This document shows positions 12,240-25,199 of a stretch of DNA of 64,000 nt, one piece after another; positions within the stretch are counted from its first letter, which is position 1; each line of letters begins with the position of its first letter. Both the position numbers and the translations under genes were made by a program. The stretch is from Somniosus microcephalus. Taxonomy: Eukaryota. The stretch covers positions 89,776,001 through 89,840,000 of the forward strand of contig CM126206.1 in the NCBI GenBank assembly GCA_052327205.1. The letters run 5' to 3'. Under the pieces are notes generated by a model, which saw nothing but the letters and a program-made list of their open reading frames with translations, searched no databases and was not told the DNA's origin.

Positions 12240-12548
12240 TGATATACCTATCAATTCATTCCATGAAAAGCGACGAGTTAAGATAGTAACTATAGGTTTT
12301 TATTGGCTAAATAACAGAGCCCACCCTCGTGGGCGATCGGTTCCAACAAGGGAGAATACTAGCCAAGCGGTCACCTTTATACCTGGGCAAGCAGGCGGAG
12401 CCATGGGCGGAGTCAGTTGAGGTAAGCCCAGGTATAGCAGTGTGCGTGGCAAGAGGTAACCTTGTGTATCGATAACAACAGTGTAAACAGTGATAACAAC
12501 AGTGTAACAATAGTGAACGGTTGTGAACGGTAACAGTGGTTTACCACA
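12240..12548 (-). repeat. 5' LTR of Gypsy A
   Basis: TATAAA at 12381-12376 and AATAAA near 12304-12299 (minus strand); GC boxes upstream of the TATA. Confidence 0.96.
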
Positions 12549-13110
12549 GACCACACTTAGAGTATTACGTACCGTTCTGGTCGCCATATTATAAAAAGGA
12601 TATAGAGGCACTGGGGAGGGTGCAGAGAAGATTTACAAGGATGATACCAGAAATGCAAAGGTATACATATCAGGAAAGGATGAACAGGCTGGGTCTCTTT
12701 TCTCTTGAAAAAAGAAGGCTGAGGGGTGATCTAATGGAGGTCTTTAAAATTATGAAAGGTTTTGATAGCGTGGATACAGAGAGAATGTTTCCACTTGTGG
12801 GGAAGAGCATAACTAGAGGCCATCAATATAAGATAGTCACCAAGAAATCCAATAGGGAATTCAGAAGAAGCTTCTTTACCCAAAGAGTGGTGAGAATGTG
12901 GAACTCGCTACCACAGGGAGTGGTTGAAGCGAATAATATGGATGTATTTAAGGGGAGGCTGGACAAGCATATGAGGGAGAAGGGAATAGAGGGTTATGCT
13001 GATAGATTTAGATGAAGAAAGACGGGAGGAGGCTCATGTGGAGCATAAACTCTGGCATGGACTGGTTGGGCCAAATGGCCTGTTTCTGTGCCGTATCTCC
13101 TATGTATATC
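12549..13110 (+). mobile_element. CR1 LINE 3' end (right part)
   Basis: RPHLEY..FWSP..RVQRRFTR..FFTQRVVRMWNSLP followed by a CR1-type 3' UTR hairpin. Confidence 0.92.
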
Positions 13111-13976
13111 TTCCATCCCTCAACCTCAAAAGTACATTTACAAGTGAAGATGATTGAAGTATAATGAAAGGAGATGGCTATTTGCAGTGTGTGTACTATG
13201 GAAATACAGGGAATAGACATTGGTTACTATGTTCCTACTAGATTTAATTAAAAAGTTCTGTGAGCTTAACTGTTCCATGACTTTCTTTTCCCCCTTCTCC
13301 ACTTTTCCTTTGGTTTTCTCCCTTTACCCCATTTCTCTTGAAGGCAATGAATCATTGTGCAGTACAGTTCTACATGTGGCAGCAGCTCTTCAGTACCTTG
13401 CCCAAGTGGCCATTCATCGTGCGAGACTGGACAGTGAGTATTGCCAGACCATTTGACTGTGAGGATCATTGCAGTCAAGCTCCTTCTCGCCCAACGTCCA
13501 CACACTTAATAGCAGTCTGGAGTGAGCACCTGAGCTAGTTCTGTTTTTTTTCCCTCTCCCCCTGCACCCCCAGCAGTTTTGGGCACCAAAGCCAATTGTA
13601 GCTCCCCACTGCCAGCCTAGCCTATCACTGCCACAGTAAACTGGAATCTTTCTGGTCTATATGGCTCAATACTGCAATATGATGCTTTACTGCACTGAGC
13701 TAGGTCGGTGTGAGGGGGGCTGGAGAACGTTTGTGAATCACAAAGAAAAAAGGATCAATTAAAATCTAGAGTATAGATCACTCAATGTATATACATTCCT
13801 GTTCTCACATGACCTCTCTTTTGTGCACTAATTTTTCACTCACATTTGCATAGTCTGTGTATTGTTCAAATATCTCTAACGAATTGCGTTGAAGGGATAA
13901 GTAAATGTGTACTGCCCATGAAGCTGAAAAACGGGTTATGACTGTTTCCCTTTACACACTTTAAATGTTTCCTCAG

Positions 13977-14154
13977 GGGCTCTGCAATTGCGAAAATAGT
14001 TGGACACAATGTACAGAAGAGTCAGAGATTTGCAACAACGGTCAATATGTGGGTCTTTGAAGAGATGGTTAATGGAAGGAAGCTAACTGAAATTGTGAAC
14101 CAAGAACATGAGAATGTTAAGTATCTGCCGGGATACAAACTGCCTGAAAATGTG
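13977..14154 (+). CDS. GPD1L: GPD1L exon 2
   Basis: cctcag acceptor, GTAAGA donor; GSAIAKIVG...[16 protein letters not shown]. Confidence 0.96.
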
Positions 14155-15944
14155 GTAAGATAATAGTCAGAAAATATGTTGTTGATGAACTAAGGAGCAA
14201 TTGTCTTTCATTTAAGTCTGTTAAACCTTTGAAGTAGAGATTACTATTTTTCTTTACCCATTAAACTTACAATACTTTTGTTAAATTTTTAAAATTAAAA
14301 AAATAATTACGGCAGTCCTCCAGGCCCCTGTTTTCCCTTCATTACATCTAGGCAGAAGTTTTCGCCGTTTCTTCCACATGCTCTATTGGATGTAAATTGG
14401 AATTCTGGTGCAGAAATGCAGTCAAGTTTTTTTTAAAGAAAACATTTACCATGATAGATAAGTCAGAGGTGTAAGTGGCCATTTGTACTGTCCTAATTTA
14501 TGTGGAAGAACTCCTAATAAGCTGTTCAAAGCAGAATTTATCTGACGGGGGCAGGGGATGGGGGGTGGCGACATACTTCACATTTACTTCACAATTACTT
14601 ATTTACTTGCACCCACTTGAGTAGCTCTCTTTCATAGCAGAAACGTGTAAATGTCGAGGATGCTTTAATGTCTGCCATATCTTTTTGTTAACTGGCTCTC
14701 ACCTCTCTGCCATCTTGTTTTTATGTTTTTTTTCTTTCTTCTTGGTATCCCCACAGTCAAATAACAGGTTGGATAGGTGACCTGCTCTCTGGCCTTTAAT
14801 GTCAGGCAAAACAGGCCTGCTGAATGCTGCACTGACTTCTCTCCTTCCAGTGGGGAATCTCTGCCTCCATTCAGTTCCTCCTCGCGGTGTGACAGCCAAG
14901 ATTGAAGTGTGGTCACTGTGTCAGTGTATTAAAGCTATTGTATTATTCCATGAGCCATTGGGTTTGACATTTTCTGTAACTTTTTTTTGAGGAATCATGA
15001 GTTAAATTATTTTTCTTTGAATTTTGTGAGTAAACAATAGCTTAGACCACTTTGTGAAAAGTAAATGGGTAAAGTAAGATTTTCATTGTTCCCTGTTAAA
15101 TCAAGTACTTAAGCCATGCCATAAAAAGAAAGGCTTGAAAGACTTGCATTTATATAGCACCTTTCACGACCTCAGGACGTCCTAAAGTGCTTGAAGTGTA
15201 GTCACTGTTGTAATGTAAAGGTCAGTTTGGCCTTGGCATGTGTGAAATTTGCGTTCCTTAATTCAGTTCAGTGTCTGAACCCCTTGCCTCAGTCTATCTA
15301 ATCCCCATTCATGCTTTTGAAAATTAGATTTTTTAAATATCAATTTTTCTCCCTTCCTTTCTTGAAGTTTGACTTGTTTAGACTCTAGTGCTTCACCTGA
15401 GAAATCCTTCTTGTGTGAACATAGAGAAAGAGTCTTGGCAGGCTATTCATCAAGGAGGGTATCGCGGCCAAGGCCAATCCTGTTATCACACGATGCTCAG
15501 CCACATGCAGTTTTTAGAGGAGTTATTGAGCAGCGACAGTCTCGTTAGGCAGCGATTTCGGCCAGTTTTAGGGCTTCAACTGCTGCTGTAGCTAAGATTA
15601 GCTAACTTTGCCCAAATCAGGGTCAGTACTACACCACACTGACTGTAAGTTCCCAAACTCAGTCCCTGATACCTGATGCCAAGTTAGCTGATAACCATCA
15701 CAGTCAAGTTGCTCACTCATGGTGACTTAGGCAGAGTGCTGGAGGGCTGCAGATGAACTGTATCTCAAGGAATCCAAGCTTGGGGGGAGGGGAGAAGAAA
15801 AATTGATACTGTATTGTGATTTCAATGTTATTATAAGTAGAACCTATTGTGACTATGAGACAATTGTCAGAGCTTTTACATAGAATAAATATGCCTATTT
15901 ATTGAAACCTGAGGCACCATTATTTTTTTCCCTACAATCTCCTT

Positions 15945-17597
15945 GGCCGGAATTTCCCGGGGGGTCAGCGGGCGGGATCGGTGGAGGTTCGGATGGGAAA
16001 TTTGATTTTTTTGACCAGGTTGGGACTCTGCTGTCAACCCGCTGCAACGCGCCTTTCCCAATGTCGGGTCTGTCAGCACTGAGCAGACCCGACAAGCAGC
16101 GGCGGGCGACCCAATTAAACTCATTAGCATCTAATTGACAGATCATTAACAGGCTTTTTTAACTTCACGGCCATGGGAACCACACTGTTCGGAGACCACT
16201 GCTGTCAACCTGATGCGAGAGTTCAGTGACCATTGTTCCAGCTGATTACTTGACAGCTTCAAATGTACATTAAAAGCTCCCACCTGACAGATCATCACTT
16301 TCCACAGACACAAGCTGTTTCTCAGTCCATTTCCAGCACACATTCTGCAGGCTTTCCACTCTCCATTCACTCTTACCTTATTGGAAGAACTCTCTCACCA
16401 TTGATGGAATGCTTCTGTCATCTGTACTTCACCTGCCATCTATTCCATCAACATGGGTGCCATTTATACTGTCTCACCTTGGTCCTCAGAATCGGACCAC
16501 GATGAACCTTAACACCAGTAGCACCAACAACACCACCAACCTTTTCCGCAATCACCTGATGCTGCACAGGGCATCAGCACCCGAGCACGTTGCGGCCCGG
16601 GAGGCCATAGATGGTCTCACCATAGCCAGATTTACTTCACCTGACGCTGCACACCTTGGCTGCCACATGATGCGCCAGGTTGGCACCACCCTACACCAAC
16701 ACCATAAAGCATCCCTACAATGACCAAGCCAATCCTTTCACACTCATCACCATTGCGGGGGGTACCGTTATATCTCACCATTCACTGCAACTCACTAAGC
16801 CACTTCCAAAGGTGCACACAAATCTGTCCAAGAACGCAAAGTGTTGAAAATAAAGGTTTCAATGTTTGACACCACATTAACAGAAACTTTACATGAACAT
16901 TGGCTAAAAGACCCAAGTGGCTACCCTTGTGTGTTAGTTGGTATGATTGCACTAGGATGAGTGTGAGGGGTGGCTAATGAGATGGGGATGTGAAGATGTA
17001 GATAGAGAGAGAGGGCTGGGTGGAGGTGCAAGTAAGTGTGAGTAAGAATGTGCAGGAGTAGGGTGGGGAAGGCAGAGTGATGGGGATGTGATGAGAGGCA
17101 CAGCAGGATGAAGGTGAGTGTGACTTTGTACCAAAGTTTTGTGATCTAATGAGACCATTGCAAGGTTTGCACCACTGCACCCAGGTCCTCCTGACCGCAT
17201 CCCTGCATGTGACCTCCTCTGCAATGTGCAACCAGGCTGTGTTGGTCTCCTGGAGAGGTGTCTCCCATCCATGGAGGGAGTCAGGGGAGAACCTGGCTGC
17301 AACTCTGTGCAGTTCTTGTCAGTGTTTGCTGCACCTCAGTGCTGTAGAACACTGACAGCACAAATGTTAAAACAAAGTTGGCCATGGTCCCTTTAAGGAA
17401 ACCGGCAGATGATGCATTATGAATGACGTCACCAGACCCATTTCCTCTAATTGGCCCGACAAACGTGCTGGGTGGGCTTAACAAGCCCTAGCAATGGGAA
17501 AATCATTTTCCAGAGCGGGATGGAGCCAGCAGTGGGGTCGGGGCCCGCCACCAACGTCGCCCGCCACGGACCCGCCGAGCTAAGGAACATCTCGGCC
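15945..17597 (+). mobile_element. Internally deleted, decayed PIF/Harbinger element
   Basis: Imperfect TIRs GGCCGGAATTTCC / GGAACATCTCGGCC, 3-bp TSD CTT, and a minus-strand Myb/trihelix remnant (AWLHIAEEVTCRDAVRRTWVQW) at about 17140-17300. Confidence 0.75.
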
Positions 17598-17826
17598 CTT
17601 GACTTGTAACTGTTCTTTTAGACAGTGGAGCAATGGGTCTAATTGTCTCTATGATGAGCTGCATCAAGCAGAAAGCAAATGCGTGCTACTGATGGGCAGA
17701 TGCAGCTAGGATGTGATGAACACGGCTTCACAGGTTTAACATAAAAGCAATTATGGTGCTACCTGTAAATGAGCACCATCTGCTTCCTTGATGGTTACTT
17801 TCTAAATCTGTTGTGATTCATTACAG

Positions 17827-17967
17827 GTTGCTATTCCAGATGTGAAGGACGCTGTACGCGGTGCAGATCTGTTAATTTTTGTTGTACCCCACCAATTTAT
17901 CCATAAACTGTGTGATCAGATAGCTGATCAAGTGTCACAGAAAGCTCTTGGCATAAGTCTTATAAAG
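17827..17967 (+). CDS. GPD1L: GPD1L exon 3
   Basis: ttacag acceptor, GT donor; [24 protein letters not shown]...SLIK. Confidence 0.96.
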
Positions 17968-19356
17968 GTACTTCTATATTTACAAGTGATTGAATCACTT
18001 ACCATTTGCCACACCAGTGGGTTATTCTATTTTACTTGAGGTGAGGGGTGGTGTGGGGGTTGGACTGGGAGGGTTAGAATCTTGGGTGAGGTCCACTCGG
18101 TCTGCAGTGCTTATAAACCCCAACTGATTGACTCCCATTGTTGGTCATTTGTTCAGTTCATTACTGGCTCATTCTCCTCCAAACCTCCAACATCAGATGT
18201 GTGCTAACTCTTAGAATCTATAATTCAAGATAAAATTAGTGAATATTTAGAAATGTGTGGATTAATCAAGGGCAGCCAGCATGGATTTGTTAATCTTCTA
18301 AAGAAAAATTGGATAATTATTTGAAGCAGAGGAAAATACAAGACTAAGTGGAATTCGTTTTGGATTCCCCAAGCAAAGAGCTGACATATAAGCTGAATGG
18401 CTTCTTTCGGTGTAATAAACTTCTATGGTACTAAAAGCAAAGCAGGCAAAGTCACTCTGACCCTAGATAATGATGTGAGTATCAGTTAGACTCCCTGCCC
18501 TCTCCCACCTGCATCCTTCCATTTAGTTTTGCCATTGCCATTGCCTCTCCGCACTGCAGGTGTTTATTCAAGCACTATCTTAAAAAACCCAGAAAATGCT
18601 AGATATGCAACAAGCCAGTTAGCATCTGTGGAGAGAACACATCCAGCATTTTCTGTTTTTGTTTTGAACGGTTTCATGATTGAGTACTGTTTATACAGTT
18701 CAAAACCATGATTATCTGTCCTCTTGGACTTTGAACTTCTTGGGCTAAACCTGTATGTTGATTAGGTAACAGGCTATGCATGGGAGAGGTGGTGTTTGAT
18801 AAACTACACAAACTGGACAATTGGGTGGGGATGGGGAGTGGTGAAAATTTTCCCTTGGAGCTTTAAATTATTAAAGGTAGTATAAGTGTATGCTGAGTGT
18901 TGTGAGTGGCCCATTGATGTGGTAATTACCTATTGTAAAATTCTTGTCCTGAGAGTGGATCTGTTAGTAATCATTACCAAAGCAGCCCACAAGTTAATAT
19001 ATAAGAATTGAAACTTTAAATCTTGCATGTGAATGATATTAAACAGTTATTGAGCGAAGCATTATTTCAGAATACATTGATGCACAATCTGCATATAGGC
19101 ACAACCACATGATAAATAATAGAATCCAACCCCATGTTAATTTTTTATTCACTGCCTGACTTTAAAATGGATAGGGACTCATTTTGGGATGTTATTGAAA
19201 TCATGCAATTGTCATTAATGTATGACTTCATAGAGATTGCCAATACTGCAAATCTGTTGTAAAATATTTTAAAAGAATTGTTTTCAATCACTCTGTAAAG
19301 GCAGTATTATCTTTTTTCTTAATTTCTCTATTTTCTTCATTTACACTTGATTCCAG

Positions 19357-19495
19357 GGAATTGATGAAGGGCCTGAGGGACTAAAATTGATTTCTGATAT
19401 AATCAGGGAGAAAATGAAAATTGATGTCAGTGTATTAATGGGGGCCAATATAGCCAATGAGGTTGCAGCGGAGAAGTTCTGTGAAACTACAATAG
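19357..19495 (+). CDS. GPD1L: GPD1L exon 4
   Basis: ttccag acceptor, GTAAAT donor; GIDEGPEG...[19 protein letters not shown]. Confidence 0.96.
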
Positions 19496-19971
19496 GTAAA
19501 TCTGTTTATTTTATCAACAGCTATGCTTTTGGGTTGCAAAATTTAAAAAAGTGAATTCTGTGTGCTATGACTTGTGGTTCAGTGCATTAACCCTCCAGTT
19601 AAGGATATGCTATGAACTATGTTGCCATGTGATAACCCTTCAGTTAAGGATGTGCTGTGAATTGTGCTGCAGTGTATTAATTCTCCAGTTAAGGTTGTTG
19701 CTTGAAAGTTACATGATTTACTATTTTACTTATAACAGTGACTTATTCCTCTCAACGTCATTTACTCCCTGCCGGGAAGGTAGGGGATAATCAATGTCAA
19801 GGTTATGCCTAGCACTGCGGAGGCGTTAAAAAGGGTAGTTGAGGAAGGACTGGCAGAACCTAAGTGTAAAAAGCGAATGACCTGCATACCACACGCCATG
19901 CAGATGAGAAGTTCACTGGTTTGATTCTTGGTTTGTGCTGAGTTAGCTGATCTGAATTAGTTATTATTGTA

Positions 19972-20196
19972 ATAACAACAGAAAATGCTGGAAAAACTCA
20001 GCAGGCCAAGCAACATCCGTGGGGAGAGAAACAGTGTCGACGTTTCGGGTCGAAACCCTTCTACAGACTACAAACACTTCGACCCGAAATGTCGACTCTG
20101 TTTCTCTCTCCACGGATGTTGCCTGGCCTGCTGAGTTTTTCCAGCGTTTTCTGTTGTTATTTCAGATTTCCAGCATCCGCAGTATTTTGCTATTGT
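19972..20196. mobile_element. Penelope-derived insert made of two inverted tail copies
   Basis: About 80-bp inverted arms (19972-20053, 20078-20160), flanked by an imperfect 16-bp direct repeat ATTAGTTAyWATTGTA (19956-19971, 20197-20212). Confidence 0.75.
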
Positions 20197-22074
20197 ATTA
20201 GTTACAATTGTAGTACCTGTAGTGCTATAATTAGCTTTATGCCTCTCCGCTAGAGAGGGGGAAAATTAATCAGGGTTTCCACTCCTGATTGGCCAGATCT
20301 AGTGACCCCTGCAGGAAAATTGTACGTGTGTAACTGTTGGGTTAAAATAGCCAGCTGATGCTTTCAGTCAAAGCTCACATAGGAGAGATAACCAGGGCCT
20401 ATTGAACCTTACCCCAGCAGGACTCCGTGCCTTCATAAGAGATGGAGAGAGACTTGGCGGTAAAAGCAAATAAGTAAACAAAAAACAGAAATGTGAATGT
20501 TGCTCTGTGAGGCACTTGTGCGAGAAATTTTAAATAACCTTTATTTTTGTATTTTTTAATACTGAACAATAATTTTCTCTCTACCTCCTGAAGGTGTTAT
20601 CTTCTTCTTGCTTATGATTCTATCGGTCAGACTAGATATTCTGTCAGATTCCGCACCGCCAGTCACTTCTGCAAGCGGGCCTCATATCCCCTACAACCTG
20701 CGGAGTACCCTTAAAGGCCAATATTCAGTTACACAATTGCATGATCTGTGGGTTATATAACAATAAGACCACTCATTGTGTGCACTGGTTACTGTGATCT
20801 CACTTGTGTTTCTCCTATCGTTCGGAAGACAGACGGATCAGCACTGTAGTGAGACAAGGTCAATTGTAAACCAACAAACTGGTTTATTTTAGATGAATGA
20901 ACAGAATAACACGTTCACAGTGAGTTTTGACTTATTCCTATTGCAACTCGTAAGTAACAAATTGCAGAAACTTTGGCCTTGATAATTGCAGATTTCACTT
21001 TGCAGGTCCATATCGCTGACTGGCACTACATTTTTCTAATAGAGTCTGCATGTATTCATGCCCCAACCTAGAATGTTCAACAACCTTCCTCTGGCTGGAG
21101 AGAAAGTGAGACTCTCCTGCCCCTCTCACCGTTCCAAACTCAAACTGGCACGGACTCTTTTTTTATTCCCACACACGCAAAAGGGAAATCAAAACTTGGC
21201 CCCCCCTCCCTGGCCTTCTCCTGAAGATTGGCTTCTCAAGCTGCCGTTTTAAAAAACTATCGTCTTGTTCCTCTACCTGCTTCCCTTGATATCAGGGCCA
21301 TGGCATCTACTTTGTCTGTCTTGCTGGGACTCCTGCTGTGCTCAGTGAATGGAAGCCATTCTAACATTATAGATGCAAATACCTCTAGGAGATAGTAGGC
21401 TGGTCCCATTGTCTCAAACTATTCTGGGTTGCGAGAGAAACTATTCTGTTAACTACTTTGTATGCTACCCCAGTAAAGGTCCTAATCTACATCCTGAAGA
21501 ATGTGTGTGTTCCTGGGACTTAAACCCATGTAACCCAGTTTTAGTCTTATAGCCACATCATATAAATTAACCCCAAAATCTCGACTAGACCAAATGGCAA
21601 TAATCTCAAAATATGACAATTGGAGATCAAACCTTCGGCAGTCTACATGACTGGATTAACTAGCTATACCATTAGGGAAAGCCTTTTTTATTTGTTTGGA
21701 ACACAGGAACAGGAGTAGGCCATTCAGCCCCTCAAGCCTGTTCTGCCATTCAATTAGATCATGGCTGATCTGTATCTTAACTCCAGTTACCTGCCTTGGT
21801 TCCATCTATCGATCTCAGTTTTGCAATTTTCAATTGACCTAGCCTCAACAACTTTTTTGGGGAGAAAAAACACCTATACAGGATTTTTATATAAGAAATA
21901 ATGAGATAAATTCTCAAGTCCTGGTTTTGGTGTCAAAATTCTGTAAAACATGGGCTCTGTAGTGATGGGAACATTGCACACAGGCCATATTTTGCCAAGT
22001 TTGGTGGCTTCTATAGAAGCATTGATTATAAACTTCATGTTACCAATTGTCCAAATGACAGTTCCCTGCCTTGA

Positions 22075-23340
22075 CAACAACAACAGCAACTTGTATTTAT
22101 ATAGCGCCTTTAATGTAGTAAAATGGAGGAGATTAAAAAGATTGGGAGGGGTGAGGCCATGGAGGGATTTGAAAACAAGGACAAGAATTATAAAATCGAG
22201 GCATTGCTTAAACAGGAGCCAATGTAGGTCAGCAAGCACAGGGGTGATGGGTGAATGGGACTTGGTGCGAGTTAGGACACGGGCAGTTGAGTTTTGGATG
22301 AGCTCAAGCAATGTTCCCTTTTTTTTGGGTGCGCGGCCCATTCACTCGTCTGTGCATGTGCCGTTTTTCCATTGAGAAACCGGCAGGTGGCCTGCACAGG
22401 AGCCTCAGGCAGCTGCTAGGGCTGCGCAGCTAAACGGAAACATCGCCCTTCCCTATCTTTTTAATCTCTTCCAGCCCCACAACCCTCCAAGATATCTGCA
22501 CTCCTCTAATTCTGACCTCCTTGAGCATCCCTAATTTTAATCGCTCAACTATTGGTGGCCGTGCCTTCAGCTGTCAAGGCCCTAAGCTCTGGAATTCCCT
22601 CCCTAAACCTCTTCGTCTCTGTACCTCTCTTTCCTCGTTTACGTAGGGTGGAAAGTGGGAAGCCAGCCAGGAGTGTGTTGGAATAGTCAAGTCTAGAGGT
22701 AACAAAGTCATGGATGAGGGTTTCAGTAGCAGATGAGCTGAGACAGGGGCAGGGACGTGCGAGGTTATGGAAGTTGAAATAGGCGGTCTTAGTAAAGCTG
22801 CAGATATGTGGTCAGAAGCTCATTTCAGGGTCAAATATGACACCAAGGTTGCGAAGAGTCTGGTTCAGCCTCAGACAAATGCTAGGGAGAGGGATGGAGT
22901 CAATGGCTAGAGTTTGTGGCGGGGACTGAAGACAATGGCTTCAGTCTTCCCAGTATTTAGTTGGAGGAAATTTCTGCTCATCCAGAACTGGATGTCGGAC
23001 AAGCAGTCTGACAATTTAGAGACCGTGGAGGGGGTCGAGAGAAGTGGTGGTGAGGTAGAGCTGGGTGTCGTCAGCGTACATGTGGAAACTGACAATGTGT
23101 TTTCGGATGATGTCGCCAAGGGGCAGCATGTAGATGAGAAATAGGAGGGGGGCAAGGATAGATCCTTGGGGGACACAGAGGTAACGATGTGGGAGCGGGA
23201 AGAGAAGCCATTGCAGGTGATTCTCTGGTTACAATTAGATAGATAAGAATGGAACCAGGCGAGTGCAGTCCCACCCAGCTGGACGACGGTGGAGAGGCGT
23301 AGGAGGAGGATGGAGTGTCAAAGGCTGCAGACAAGTCAAG
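22075..23340 (-). mobile_element. L2-clade LINE fragments (rearranged, partly inverted)
   Basis: Minus-strand RT pieces SAAFDT, CLSDIQFWMSRNFLQLNTGKTE and PITPVLADLHWL; a plus-strand L2 3' piece at about 22450-22640. Confidence 0.75.
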
Positions 23341-23550
23341 AAGTGGGTCAGCAGCACTAGGTCATGCATTGTTGTGGAAAAACTTAAAAGTAATATTGAA
23401 TTTGTTTATTGTAGGAGAGTTCTGTGAACTGATTAAATGTTCAGTATTTGCAGGTGTTGTTTTTGCTGTTCATGACCAGTTGTGTGACTTGCAGTAGAAA
23501 TTAAATTCCGGTAATTAGACTAATTAAGTAACAGTCATTTCCTCCATCAG

Positions 23551-23663
23551 GTAGCAAAAATGTGCAAAATGGAAACATCTTCAAAGAGCTCCTGCAGACA
23601 TCCAATTTTCGGATAACTGTGGTGGAGGATACAGATACTGTGGAACTATGTGGAGCACTAAAG
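23551..23663 (+). CDS. GPD1L: GPD1L exon 5
   Basis: catcag acceptor, GTAAGA donor; [37 protein letters not shown]. Confidence 0.96.
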
Positions 23664-25199
23664 GTAAGAGGGCATATTGCAGTTTTTAATTTTTTTGTAA
23701 GAATTTGAATCCTCCTCCTTACTTCTAGCGTTGGTCTATTGATGGATTGGTGGCAAAATGTTCTGCTCTTGGGTCTCACCAATGCTACTTGAAAGCAAAC
23801 CACTAGGATGTACATGATAGTGACATGGCTATTTTTCATCTCTGTACAATCACGATGGGCAACTAGGTGGCATGGAGATTAAATCCATGACCCCCTCCCC
23901 CTGCCACAATAGGCCTTGGGTAACTATCCATATCTGAGGAGTGAGGGAGATAAACTGGGTCTTGCATTTGAAGTAACTTCCAGTTGACATGCCTGGTGAT
24001 GGAAGTTTGGAACTAAATCCACACTTTGTGGCACAATCAGTAATCTAATACCCAAACCAGGCAAGTCTGCAGTACTCCAGGGCACTGCTGATGATTGAGC
24101 AGTCGGTCTGTGTCATTAATGGGACCTGGGGGACAGGATTCTTCTCCCTTGGCTTCAGGTAACCCTACAAGCCAATGCCCTAATGAATCGGGCGGTCTTA
24201 GCTGAATGTACAGTGGAAAGCTTACTAAAGCTTTCTAGACTTGGATAAGTTGGATGTAAGTGCACTCCTATCAGGCAAACAGAAGAATAAAGATGTAGAT
24301 ATCTCTATGGCTTGGTTTTGAGACTCAAGAACATGGCGATGGGTTTCCACACATGTCAGATACCTAGCTGGTCAAAAAAAAGGGCTTGGGTGAATCAGAT
24401 TTTTTAAATTAAACGACTATATGGAAAAATAAATTACAGTGCAGTGTAAATTGCAATATTTTACAGCAACGGTCTTAACTTTCTTTTTCCTTTTGCAGAG
24501 ATTTTATCCAAAAATTGAATGCTGATGCTCAGTACATATACATAATTTTTAAAATTTCAGCTGCAGGAAATCCACAGCAGGTCCATCAGCATTTGAAAAA
24601 CCACTGGCTATATTTTACATGTAGACCCAATTCTGACTAAGGATCTCCACCCAAAATATTAACTTAGTGGGTTCAACAGTATCTGAAAAGATAAAATAAA
24701 GTTTTGAGAGTAGATCCTTTCTCAGAATTGGGTCTACGTGTGAAATATAATCTGTCTTTTTTCTTCAGACGCTGACTGAGCTGCTCTGTATTTTGAGCAT
24801 TTTCTGTTACCTGCTACCTTTTTGATATTACTGCTATTCCCATTCAGGTTGTGTCCACTCTTTGACATATTGGTGAGTCTTCCATGTTATTGCTGCATTA
24901 TTATCAAAGTACTTAGTGATATGTGAGAGCTAGTGTATTCAAAACCATTGCACATCTATCCTCATCTTAGACCTTTTTTAAACGTGAGGAAGTTAGGTGA
25001 CAACTTATCTAAGATTGATGGCATTTGTACAGCTGCCTCTGCCTCCTCTGACCCGCCAAGCCCCTGGTTTCCCACCTCTATACTGCCTAGAATCTCTCTG
25101 TGCCCTTCATTAAACTCAACTTGGCCATGAAGCTGATTGTCAATCCCAGCGCTTAACTGCCTAACTTTGGCTGCAGTCCTATACTTCCTCAAGGTGACA

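Larger units (their letters stand above)
7874..12548 (-). mobile_element. Ty3/Gypsy LTR retrotransposon A (full length, in GPD1L intron 1, antisense)
   Basis: 309-bp TG...CA LTRs (7874-8182, 12240-12548; 4 mismatches), 5-bp TSD GACCA, PPT AAGGGGTGAA at 8183-8192, domain order Gag-PR-RT-RH-IN. Confidence 0.97.

Noticed and set aside
20790-21560. Possible solo LTR in intron 4
   Set aside because: LTR-like composition and a minus-strand AATAAA, but I could not find matching TG...CA ends with a TSD.
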